Shown here one piece after another: positions 18,092 through 25,881 of a stretch of 64,000 nucleotides of DNA. The first letter of the stretch is position 1; the number at the start of each line of letters is the position of its first letter. The notes below the pieces were generated by a model, which was not told where the DNA came from, did no database searches, and worked only from the letters and a program-made list of their open reading frames with translations. The DNA lies in NCBI GenBank assembly GCA_944386835.1, contig CALXCQ010000114.1, positions 4,184 to 68,183 on the forward strand, in the 5' to 3' direction. The position numbers and the translations under genes are program-made. This DNA comes from an uncultured Oscillospiraceae bacterium (GTDB lineage: Bacteria; Bacillota; Clostridia; Oscillospirales; Oscillospiraceae).

Positions 18092-18991
18092 TCACTGAAT
18101 CTGGAAAATCCTATTGAGCGCTTCAACATCCTTTGCTTCCAACGGTTGGGTAAAGATGCCGCCGTATTCAAAGAAGCTGCCGCTCAATGCACTGTATTTC
18201 CAACTGTCCAACACCGTTCCATCCGTAAATTCAATACGAATGCCTCTTGTCCCATAAGTGCTTTCTCCGGAGGTCAGCTTATCCTTCTTTTCTGTGGAAA
18301 AGCTGTAAGAAAACCTTGTGTCATCCTCTGGATATTCTTCGCCTGCACCATAGCAGACGATATCTTTCACAATCTCGTAAATTTGCGATATGGTTTCCCG
18401 GTCCGTATAGGTATGCGTACCTATCTCATTCTGGATCGCGATTCCCTCCGGAGTCATATTGGCTTTGAACGGGCTTGTGGTAATTTGGACAATGTCCTCG
18501 GCACTGTCGACTCCGTATATGACAGAAAGCACATCTGCATATGTGTAGGTTTCCCCTGCTTTCATCTCAAAAGAAGTAAATTTCCAAAGGGTCAGAGCGC
18601 CGTCCGCCTCCCTGCGGATGAGATACTTCCGATTTGTCACCCCTTCCGGAAGATACCAGATACCGGCCGGGGCCACATAGTATTCTTCCCCCACATAGGA
18701 TTCCAGTTTGTCTCCGGAGATTTGCACCTGCTCATACTGAGCGGTCCAACCGCCGACCGGAAGGGATGTGAGATAGGCCAGCGTATCGGCATTCTCCCTT
18801 TCCAGCATGGAAGAAAAATCGGAAGGTCTGGATAAGAAAAAGAAGCTCCCAACAAAAAGAAAACAGACGCAGGCCGCCAGTCCCCCCCATGTTACCCAGC
18901 GGGACTTTTCGCCCTGTCTGGACTGCCAGGCCTTTTGGATATCCTGTTCGTCCAGTTCTCCCAGCAGCTTATATAAGGTTTCCTTTGTCAT
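18092..18991 (-). CDS. single-pass membrane protein, putative anti-sigma factor partner
   Basis: A short cytoplasmic N-terminus, one TM helix (WGGLAACVCFLFVGSFFFL) and an extracytoplasmic domain of about 230 aa. Its start is coupled to the sigma gene stop through an ATGA overlap. Confidence 0.5.
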   Translation of the reverse strand: MTKETLYKLLGELDEQDIQKAWQSRQGEKSRWVTWGGLAACVCFLFVGSFFFLSRPSDFSSMLERENADTLAYLTSLPVGGWTAQYEQVQISGDKLESYVGEEYYVAPAGIWYLPEGVTNRKYLIRREADGALTLWKFTSFEMKAGETYTYADVLSVIYGVDSAEDIVQITTSPFKANMTPEGIAIQNEIGTHTYTDRETISQIYEIVKDIVCYGAGEEYPEDDTRFSYSFSTEKKDKLTSGESTYGTRGIRIEFTDGTVLDSWKYSALSGSFFEYGGIFTQPLEAKDVEALNRIFQIQ

Positions 18992-19548
18992 AGTTCAAAT
19001 CCCCTCTCCAGAAGATATTTACGCAGCTCCCCGCGCAGCCGGCAGAGCGTCATGGAAACTGCCCCTTCTTTCATGCGACAGCGAATGGCAATGTCTGCAA
19101 TACTGGCAGTGTACCAATATCGCCAGATGAAGATGTTCTGTTTCCCCGGGGAGAGCCTATGTAGAAAATCCCGGATTGCTTTTACCAGTTCCTGGTACTC
19201 CATTTCCCGTTCCACAGTGTCTTTTCCGGACACACAGTCCGCCAATTCCGCAAGGACCGCCGGCAATTCTCCGCCCTTTCTCTTTTCAGCGGTACTGTAC
19301 TTGTATCTGTTCAGTGATAAGTTTCTTGTGATTTTTCCTAAAAATACTGACAAAACAGAGGGCTTATGGGGCGGGATAGCATGCCACGCTTTTAAATAAG
19401 TATCATTGACACATTCTTCTGCATCCTCTTGATTTCCCAAAATATTTTGGGCGATCCTGCCACAATAGCTTCCGTATTTATTTGCGGTGATAGAAATCGC
19501 CTGTTCATTTCTGTCCCAGTATAACTGGATTATCTCCGCATCTTCCAT
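18988..19548 (-). CDS. sigma-70 family RNA polymerase sigma factor (ECF-like)
   Basis: The region 2 signature is EDAEECVNDTYLKAWHAIP. The region 4 HTH is YWYTASIADIAIRCRMKEGAVSMTLCRLRGELRKYL. Confidence 0.8.
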   Translation of the reverse strand: MEDAEIIQLYWDRNEQAISITANKYGSYCGRIAQNILGNQEDAEECVNDTYLKAWHAIPPHKPSVLSVFLGKITRNLSLNRYKYSTAEKRKGGELPAVLAELADCVSGKDTVEREMEYQELVKAIRDFLHRLSPGKQNIFIWRYWYTASIADIAIRCRMKEGAVSMTLCRLRGELRKYLLERGFEL

Positions 19549-19850
19549 TTGACTTCCCCCTTTCCTTTCCGCAAAACCCTCTCATCTATATACACAACTT
19601 TCGTACTCAAATCTCACAGAATTTTCCCAAAGATTTTTGCAAGACTATTATATCGCAACTTGAAATGTGCTCACAATACTGTCGCTCCCAGGAATACAGG
19701 AACGCTCTATATTCATTCACGAAGATACGGTCTGACATTCTATGCTCTTTCCCAGTACCAACCAGTACCTGAAGCTCCCTTTCTTTATACCGCTGTTTTA
19801 AAAGGAGACCCTGTTCCTCGGCAATACAGCCTGCTCATGATCTCATGACG

Positions 19851-20095
19851 GGAAGTTGCCATCTGCAATGTGGTTCTTCTTTCGGAAAAGCAACTCTCCT
19901 GAATCCCGCAATGGAAAGCCGCCATCCGCAATGTGGTCTGCTTTGGGAAAAACAACTCTCCTGAATTCCACAATGGAAAGCCGCCATCTGCAATGTGGTT
20001 CTTCTTTCGAGAAAAACAGCTCCCTGAATTCCACAATAGAAAGCCGCCATCTACAGCTTAAATCTGCTTTCGGTCAAAACAGCGGTTCTTCCTCC
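19851..20095. repeat. tandem repeat array, ~3.7 copies of a 62-63 bp unit, non-coding
   Basis: Unit starts are at 19851, 19913, 19975 and 20038. Unit 3 reads ggaaagccgccatctgcaatgtggttcttctttcgagaaaaacagctccctgaattccacaat. The copies differ by point changes and 1-2 nt indels. Confidence 0.9.
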
Positions 20096-20134
20096 TCAAC
20101 GCTGGACCTAACCGGATCCGCCTGTTTCCATCTC

Positions 20135-20163
20135 TTGGCAAAGAAAGCGGATTATGGTATATT
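20135..20163 (+). promoter_or_regulatory. sigma-A type promoter with extended -10
   Basis: TTGGCA (20135-20140), a 17-nt spacer, then TGgTATATT (ending 20163). It lies about 140 nt upstream of the flavodoxin-family gene. Confidence 0.5.
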
Positions 20164-20304
20164 AAAATTGTGAGAGGGTGTTTGCCCTTTTCCAATGAAG
20201 ATTTCACCTTGTAGGCACAGAAAATCTTCACCTTTTTACGCGTGACCCCCCTCTTAACCCGTTTATGGTTTGTCTGTTATCTGTCAAATTTGTGAGGTGC
20301 TTTT

Positions 20305-20808
20305 ATGAAACTTGCCATAGTCTATTTTTCTCAAACCGGCCGTACTGCTGCAATGGTCAAGCCTCTTACTGAGGGGATCCACAGCTTTGACTCTACCATT
20401 GAAGTTCGGGAATTTACAGTAGATCAGGCCACAAAAGATAACCCAGAAAATTTGGCCTATCTGGATAGCTGTTCCGGCATCATCGTCGGGACTCCCGATT
20501 ATTGTGCCAGCGAATGCTGGCAGGTAAAACATTGGATTGACACCAGTGGTCTGAAATTTCCCGGTAAATTGGTTGGCTGCTATGCTACCTGCCAATATGC
20601 CGTAGGAGGTGCAGATGTAGCAATTCAAAACGTCTTAATGCAGCTGATTGTCAAGGGCGGTCTGGCTTATTCTGGTGGTGCTGCTTGCGGACAACCTTAC
20701 ATTCACCTTGGCCCCATCTGCTATGCAGGACACGAAGCGGAAGATGCTCAGCTCTTTTATGTCTTTGGCCAGCGTTTTGCTGCTCAGGCTGGCCGACTTG
20801 TCCTGTGA
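20305..20808 (+). CDS. flavodoxin-family / WrbA-like FMN protein
   Basis: MKLAIVYFSQTGRTAAM matches the flavodoxin phosphate-binding loop pattern, and IIVGTPDY is also present. GTGAGGTG precedes the ATG. Confidence 0.7.
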   Translation: MKLAIVYFSQTGRTAAMVKPLTEGIHSFDSTIEVREFTVDQATKDNPENLAYLDSCSGIIVGTPDYCASECWQVKHWIDTSGLKFPGKLVGCYATCQYAVGGADVAIQNVLMQLIVKGGLAYSGGAACGQPYIHLGPICYAGHEAEDAQLFYVFGQRFAAQAGRLVL

Positions 20809-20814
20809 TTGATA

Positions 20815-21048
20815 ATGGAACAAATTAAACTTGGAAAATACCGTCACTATAAGGGCGGAGAATATCAGGTCTTGGCCCTTGCCACCCACAGCGAAACAAT
20901 GGAAACAATGGTTGTCTATCAGGCTCTGTACGGAGAAAAGAAAATTTGGGTAAGGCCCGCTTCCATGTGGCAAGAACCCTGCATGCAAAACGGAGTCTTG
21001 GTCCCCCGCTTTACCTATTGGGAGAGTAACAATGAAAATCCTTATTGA
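20815..21048 (+). CDS. DUF1653 domain protein
   Basis: GKYRHYKGGEYQVLALATHSETMETMVVYQALYG is the DUF1653 core. The gene starts 7 nt after the upstream stop. Confidence 0.75.
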   Translation: MEQIKLGKYRHYKGGEYQVLALATHSETMETMVVYQALYGEKKIWVRPASMWQEPCMQNGVLVPRFTYWESNNENPY

Positions 21049-21493
21049 TGCCGACGGTTGCCCTGTAGTCGGTTTGGCAGTTGAACTGGCAAATTCCTTT
21101 GGTGTCTGCTGCACCATTTTATGTGACACGTCCCACACAATCTCTTACCCCGGGGCACAGACAAAAGTCTATGACAAAGGTGCCGACAGTGTGGATTTCG
21201 CTTTGGTCAATCAGGTAGAACCCGGTGATATCGTTGTTACACAAGATTACGGACTTGCTGCTATGTGCCTAAGTCGTCGTGCCATTCCTATCAGTCAGAA
21301 CGGGCTAATTTATTCTGACGAAAATATTGATTCTCTGCTTCTGAGCCGGCACACAGCAAAACGAATTCGCAACGCCCGAGGACGTTTGAAAGGGCCACCC
21401 AAACGTACACCGGAACAAGATGATGCCTTTGCACAAGCATTTAAACAACTTCTCTGGCAACAAAAGAATTTACATGGCAATTTTCCAATCTAA
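21032..21493 (+). CDS. YaiI/YqxD family protein (UPF0178, DUF188)
   Basis: MKILIDADGCPV at the N-terminus and VVTQDYGLAA further in. It overlaps the upstream gene by 17 nt. Confidence 0.8.
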   Translation: MKILIDADGCPVVGLAVELANSFGVCCTILCDTSHTISYPGAQTKVYDKGADSVDFALVNQVEPGDIVVTQDYGLAAMCLSRRAIPISQNGLIYSDENIDSLLLSRHTAKRIRNARGRLKGPPKRTPEQDDAFAQAFKQLLWQQKNLHGNFPI

Positions 21494-21562
21494 TGCCTTT
21501 GGAAAATGCTCGGCACCGTTTACAGATGTTGCCACTTTCCCTCAGGCAAAAATAGGGCTTAA

Positions 21563-21594
21563 AATCGGAGCAAGCATTTGCGCTTGCTCCGATT
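21563..21594 (+). terminator. hairpin after the yaiI-like gene (no clear U-tract)
   Basis: The hairpin reads aatcggagcaagc-atttgc-gcttgctccgatt. Confidence 0.45.
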
Positions 21595-21720
21595 GCCATA
21601 ACAGGTTAGCATCGACCACACCTCTTACTCTCAAACAGATCTCTGGTAACTATCTTCCAATTGAGCCAAAAGAAGTCAGATCCTATTTTGCAAATAAAAT
21701 CAAAAAAAACATAAATTGCC

Positions 21721-21809
21721 TTGACATCTCCCCAGGAAGCTGCTATACTAGGATTGTAGTTAGTTATGACTAACTAAATTTATTGTCAAGAAGTTAGTTA
21801 TAACTAACT
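21721..21809 (+). promoter_or_regulatory. promoter followed by two palindromic operator-like sites
   Basis: TTGACA (21721), a 17-nt spacer, then TATACT (21744-21749). Site 1 is TAGTTAGTTATGACTAACTA (21757-21776). Site 2 is AGTTAGTTATAACTAACT (21792-21809), a perfect 18-bp palindrome. Confidence 0.6.
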
Positions 21810-21826
21810 ATTGTGAGGTGTTATCT

Positions 21827-22390
21827 GTGTCTTTAGAGTCTACCCTGATAGAATACGGGGCCCCTACTCTGGCTGGTCTTAAACCAGCAAGCTTGTTTCG
21901 GTACTCCCCAACCGTTCCAGAGCTATTCCAGACACAGTTAGAAAGCATGCAAAAACAACTCTCTAGCTGTGGTATTGAGCTGGTGGTCCTCAAAACGTGT
22001 AAGAAAACGCGTTCTTATCTGCTATACATATACCGGCAGTCTGATTTAGCTGACCTTGTCTCCCTGCCAGAGATACAGGCTTTTTTGTATTCTTTACACT
22101 ATGCATTTCAGGACAGCATTCCTTTTCTCATTGCGCAGTTGACTCAACGCCTGTGTTGTTCTCAGACGTTTCCTCACGAAATTGGCATATTTTTGGGATA
22201 TCCGTTGGAGGATGTACAGGGATTTATGCAGCATAAAGGCAAAAATTATACCTATTGCGGCTATTGGAAATCTTACGGAGATCCTCAGGTTGCCAAGCGC
22301 CGGTTTGCAGCCTATCGCAGATGCACGAATATCCTGAGAAGTCGGTATGCCAACGGGACCCCAATTATGCACTTGGTCGTGGCAGCATAA
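21827..22390 (+). CDS. DUF3793 family protein
   Basis: APTLAGLKPASLFRY is the N-terminal motif I associate with DUF3793. The GTG start lies 6 nt after GAGGTG; the ORF track start at 21818 falls inside the RBS. Confidence 0.65.
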   Translation: MSLESTLIEYGAPTLAGLKPASLFRYSPTVPELFQTQLESMQKQLSSCGIELVVLKTCKKTRSYLLYIYRQSDLADLVSLPEIQAFLYSLHYAFQDSIPFLIAQLTQRLCCSQTFPHEIGIFLGYPLEDVQGFMQHKGKNYTYCGYWKSYGDPQVAKRRFAAYRRCTNILRSRYANGTPIMHLVVAA

Positions 22391-22419
22391 ACAGAAATTT
22401 TGGAAGAAAGGATGTTTTC

Positions 22420-22851
22420 ATGAACAACGTTGCTGTGGTTTACTGGAGCGGCACAGGCAATACACAAAAAATGGCCGAAGAAATAGCCGCCGGAATCAAA
22501 GACGGTGGTGGTACAGTTCAACTAATGGAACCTTCTTCGTTTTCTCTGGAGCTCTTTTCCAGCTATCCTGTAGTAGCCTTTGGATGCCCTGCCATGGGTG
22601 CCGAAGTCTTGGAGGAAGAAGTGTTTGAGCCTATGTTTTCCCATCTGGAAAGTCATTTAACTGGAAAGAAGATAGCACTTTTTGGTTCCTATGGTTGGGG
22701 CGACGGTCAGTGGATGCGGGATTGGTGCGCACGCTGTCAGTCTGCCGGCGCTCAGCTGTATAATCCCGAAGGTTGTGTATGCAATGAAGAACCCGATATG
22801 GCTGATCTGGCAGCCTGCCATGACCTCGGCCGTCAGTTGGCCAATTGGTAA
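22420..22851 (+). CDS. short-chain flavodoxin
   Basis: VAVVYWSGTGNTQKMAEEIA (FMN phosphate loop), ALFGSYGWGDGQWM, and a length of 143 aa. Confidence 0.85.
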   Translation: MNNVAVVYWSGTGNTQKMAEEIAAGIKDGGGTVQLMEPSSFSLELFSSYPVVAFGCPAMGAEVLEEEVFEPMFSHLESHLTGKKIALFGSYGWGDGQWMRDWCARCQSAGAQLYNPEGCVCNEEPDMADLAACHDLGRQLANW

Positions 22852-22932
22852 TCCCCTATTATTTCTTTTTAATATACCTCCTCTACCCCTAGTCTGATTT
22901 CATTCGGTTTGGACCGCCGGTGGAATCCACAC

Positions 22933-22966
22933 AAAGAGCGTACCGCAAATGCGGCACGCTCTTTTT
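22933..22966 (+). terminator. rho-independent terminator
   Basis: The hairpin is aaagagcgtaccgc-aaat-gcggcacgctcttt (one mismatch), followed by a T-run. Confidence 0.65.
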
Positions 22967-22976
22967 CTCTCGGGAT

Positions 22977-23342
22977 TCACTTTTTTTGGGCATGTTCTTT
23001 AATTCTTTGAAATGTTTCTTCACTCAGGTCGTGTTCCACCTTACACGCATCTCGTGCGGCAATCGACTCATCTACTCCCAAGTGTATAAAAAACTCTGTT
23101 AACAGGCGATGCCTCTCATAAATTCGTTCTGCAATTTTCCGACCAGAAGGCAACAAAGAGATCAAGCCGTCACCATTTACTTCAATATACCCGTTTTCGC
23201 GCAATTTTTTCATAGCCACACTGACACTGGGTTTCGTCACATCCAGTTCATTGGCAATGTCAATCGAACGCACAGAACCCTTCCGCTGTTGAAGTCTGAG
23301 AATGGCCTCTAAATAGTCTTCCGCTGATTCATAAATGTTCAA
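22977..23342 (-). CDS. DtxR/MntR-family metal-dependent transcriptional regulator (short form, no SH3-like domain)
   Basis: ESAEDYLEAILRL...VRSIDIANELDVTKPSVSVAMKKLRENGYI is the HTH, followed by the RHRLLTEFF dimerisation helix. Confidence 0.85.
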   Translation of the reverse strand: MNIYESAEDYLEAILRLQQRKGSVRSIDIANELDVTKPSVSVAMKKLRENGYIEVNGDGLISLLPSGRKIAERIYERHRLLTEFFIHLGVDESIAARDACKVEHDLSEETFQRIKEHAQKK

Positions 23343-23541
23343 ACTATCCCTCCTCTACCATCTATTCTTTAACACTAGCACACTCTTTCCCTTTTGGCAA
23401 GTGCTCTACTCGACAATTGGAAAAGAAATGATTATCCAGCTTCTAACGGGTCGCCATAGCTAACCATCACCCTATTAGAACGTATTCCTGTTATTTTTAC
23501 ATAGTATACAATAAAATTACAAAAAAGGAGGTCTATCGGTA

Positions 23542-23913
23542 ATGTTTTCCTTTTTTGCCATGCTCCTACTGGTGTTCTTGGTAATTCTTCTATTAGGTTT
23601 AAAACGGTATCTCATGAAACTGGCTGCAGATATCTGTCTGGATGCTGATATTTCAGCTCCACAAATCGTGCCCGCCCTGGCTCGTGGTTGTTATCCGTAT
23701 CAAATTGTTTTATCTGTCCCCGATCTCTCTTCCCTTTCTGCCTGCCAAATCGAGTTGGCTTTAAGCAGACTGGACGGTGTTTGGGCCGTTGCGAATCCAG
23801 ACAAGAAAACGGTGCTGGTTCACATGCGAAAAAAACTTGGTGCCGATATTCTCTGTTCCACAATTGCGGAAACTGGCTTGACCGTTACCTGCACAGACGG
23901 TTCCTCCAAATGA
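23542..23913 (+). CDS. small membrane-anchored protein with degenerate HMA (ferredoxin-like) domain
   Basis: An N-terminal TM helix, then a beta-alpha-beta-beta-alpha-beta-like segment, IVLSVPDLSSLSACQIELALSRLDGVWAVANPDKKTVLVHM...ILCSTIAETGLTV, that lacks the GMTCxxC pair. AAGGAGG lies upstream. Confidence 0.45.
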   Translation: MFSFFAMLLLVFLVILLLGLKRYLMKLAADICLDADISAPQIVPALARGCYPYQIVLSVPDLSSLSACQIELALSRLDGVWAVANPDKKTVLVHMRKKLGADILCSTIAETGLTVTCTDGSSK

Positions 23914-23992
23914 CATACTACTCTGCCGGTCTTTCTGCTTCCCCTGACCGTATCCTTCTATCTACGCACCCTTACTCTTTCCATTAAAAATT

Positions 23993-24040
23993 TCCCTTTG
24001 TCTGGCTCCCAAAATCAGCCAGGCAAAGGGATTTCTTCTC
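23993..24040. terminator. bidirectional hairpin terminator
   Basis: The hairpin is tccctttgtctggct-cccaaaatc-agccaggcaaaggga (one mismatch), followed by tttcttctc. Confidence 0.6.
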
Positions 24041-24090
24041 GACTTTTATGGACAACCGGCAGCCAAAAACATTTGGCAAAATTCCCAACT

Positions 24091-24984
24091 TTAATAGACT
24101 ACCTTGCCAAGGCAAGAAAGCACCAATTCCGAAGCAAGTTTGCCGGTTTTATTTTTCTCATCCAAAATAGGATTGACTTCCACCATATCCACTGCCACCA
24201 ACTTTTGACTTTCGGCCAAAAGTTCTACTGCCAGAAATGCTTCCCGTACTGTAAGTCCACTGTGTACAATGGTTCCTGTCCCTGGAGCGGCCTCTGGTGT
24301 AATTGCATCCACGTCAAAGCTCAGATGGATTCCCTGGGTACCTTTTCCGGCAATCTCCATCGCCATGGTCATGACCTCTTCCATTCCGTATTTATCTATG
24401 ACATTGATGGGAAATACCGTAACCCCCGCTTCTTTCATTCGAATACGCTCAGCACAGTCAATATCTCTTCCGCCAATCTGGACACAGTTTTTTATATCCA
24501 CAAATACCGGTTTCTGACCATAGGAGACCATACACTCAGGACCGTAACCACACACGGCCGAAAAGGGCATGCCATGCATATTCCCAGTTACGGTACTATC
24601 TTCATTGTTCCAATCTCCATGAGCATCAATCCAAATAAGTCCTATCTTCCCATAGTGTTTCGCCGTAGCAGAAACACTGCCAGCTGCAATGCTGTGATCG
24701 CCTCCCAATACCACCGGGAAAGCTCCTGCCTGCAAAGTCTCCATAACCGACGCATACAAGCGCCGATTGGCATCCATTACCTGCTCATAGTTTTTTAATT
24801 TATCTTTTGTTGCACCTCTGGGCAATTGTACAATATCTCCCTTATCTTTTACCGTATACCCCAATGCTTCTATGCCTTCCAACAGGCCACCATATCGAAT
24901 TGCCATTGGCCCCATACTGACTCCCCGTTTAGACGCGCCAGCATCTAGCTGTACACCTACAATGTCAATTCTTTTTTTCTCCAC
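24091..24984 (-). CDS. rocF: arginase
   Basis: Ureohydrolase motifs GGDHSIAAG, WIDAHGDWN and SFDVDAITPEAAPGTGT, with a length of 297 aa. Confidence 0.88.
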   Translation of the reverse strand: MEKKRIDIVGVQLDAGASKRGVSMGPMAIRYGGLLEGIEALGYTVKDKGDIVQLPRGATKDKLKNYEQVMDANRRLYASVMETLQAGAFPVVLGGDHSIAAGSVSATAKHYGKIGLIWIDAHGDWNNEDSTVTGNMHGMPFSAVCGYGPECMVSYGQKPVFVDIKNCVQIGGRDIDCAERIRMKEAGVTVFPINVIDKYGMEEVMTMAMEIAGKGTQGIHLSFDVDAITPEAAPGTGTIVHSGLTVREAFLAVELLAESQKLVAVDMVEVNPILDEKNKTGKLASELVLSCLGKVVY

Positions 24985-25264
24985 AACAAATCCCTCTTTT
25001 CCTACGCTGACAAAATAAAGCGGCCCAGTCTATAGACTGCGCCGTTTCTTTTTTTCAATCCATCTGTCACACAGTCAGAAAATTCTCTTTGATCACCGCA
25101 GCACGGCTCTTTTCGTAAATTTCCTGCGCAGCTTCCATGACATCAGGATAGACTTTCCATATACAATTATACAGTATATTTTTAGCAATCGCAAGTCAAA
25201 ACTTTTCGAGTAAGATTTCCCTTTTCGGGTATAGTAATACTAGTTATTTTCTGGAGGGTACTGT

Positions 25265-25699
25265 ATGAACCAAACTGATACCATTCATTTACTCAGCCAA
25301 TGTCAATCCGGGATCCAGATGGCTGTAAATGCCATTAATGACGTTCTGCCAGCCGTGGAAGATTCAAAATTGTTGGAAGAATTGTCTTCCTGTAAAGCAG
25401 AGCATGAACGATTAGGTGTCCAGACTCAAGAGCTTTTGGCCCAATTGCACCAACCGGAAAAATCGGCAAATCCTATGGCTCTGGGATTTTCCTGGCTTAA
25501 GACAAATATCAAACTGGCCATTACACCGGGAGATCACTGCGTAGCCGACCTCATAACAGACGGCTGCCATATGGGGATTAAATCCCTGCACAAATCCTAT
25601 AATCGATACACCGGCGCTGGTCAACAAGCAAAACAAATTGCCCAGGATTTAATCCGTTCTGAATCGCAACTCACACAAGCCCTTGAGCCCTATTTATAA
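25265..25699 (+). CDS. hypothetical protein (helical, no family recognised)
   Basis: A 144-aa ORF with GGAGGG before the ATG and a terminator hairpin after it. Confidence 0.5.
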   Translation: MNQTDTIHLLSQCQSGIQMAVNAINDVLPAVEDSKLLEELSSCKAEHERLGVQTQELLAQLHQPEKSANPMALGFSWLKTNIKLAITPGDHCVADLITDGCHMGIKSLHKSYNRYTGAGQQAKQIAQDLIRSESQLTQALEPYL

Positions 25700-25725
25700 A
25701 CACTGCCTTGTCTCGTCGCTCCATA

Positions 25726-25764
25726 ACAATCCCCCAGAGAGTGGATCGCTCTCCGGGGGATTGT
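25726..25764 (+). terminator. hairpin terminator
   Basis: The hairpin is acaatcccccagagag-tggatcg-ctctccgggggattgt, with one mismatch. Confidence 0.55.
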
Positions 25765-25881
25765 CTGTGTCATGGTATTTTGTTTCCGGGTATTTTGTAA
25801 CAGAGTTTTCTTTTCCAGATTTTTCATTTGCGAATCCTGTTTTGAATAACCGTTGCAGAATTATGAAAGCCAAGTACTCTG

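Noticed and set aside
17927-18835. 302-aa plus-strand ORF
   Set aside because: It lies entirely antisense to the anti-sigma-like gene (18092-18991). It has no RBS and a Cys/Phe/Arg-rich, low-complexity product, which is a typical shadow ORF.
19785-20173. Four overlapping ORFs over the tandem repeat; a CRISPR array was also considered
   Set aside because: The ORFs exist only because a stop-poor unit is repeated. There are no RBSs, and the peptides are self-similar. It is not a CRISPR array, because the units abut directly with no unique spacers and no cas genes are in the window.
21757-21809. Interpreting the paired palindromes as Fur/PerR/Zur or Rex boxes
   Set aside because: The half-site AGTTAGT does not match GATAATGATAATCATTATC-type Fur boxes, TTATAATnATTATAA PerR boxes or TTGTGAAnnnnTTCACAA Rex boxes as I recall them. 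I kept it as an unassigned operator instead.
23998-24798. 266-aa plus-strand ORF
   Set aside because: It is antisense to the arginase gene, whose ureohydrolase motifs are clear on the minus strand.
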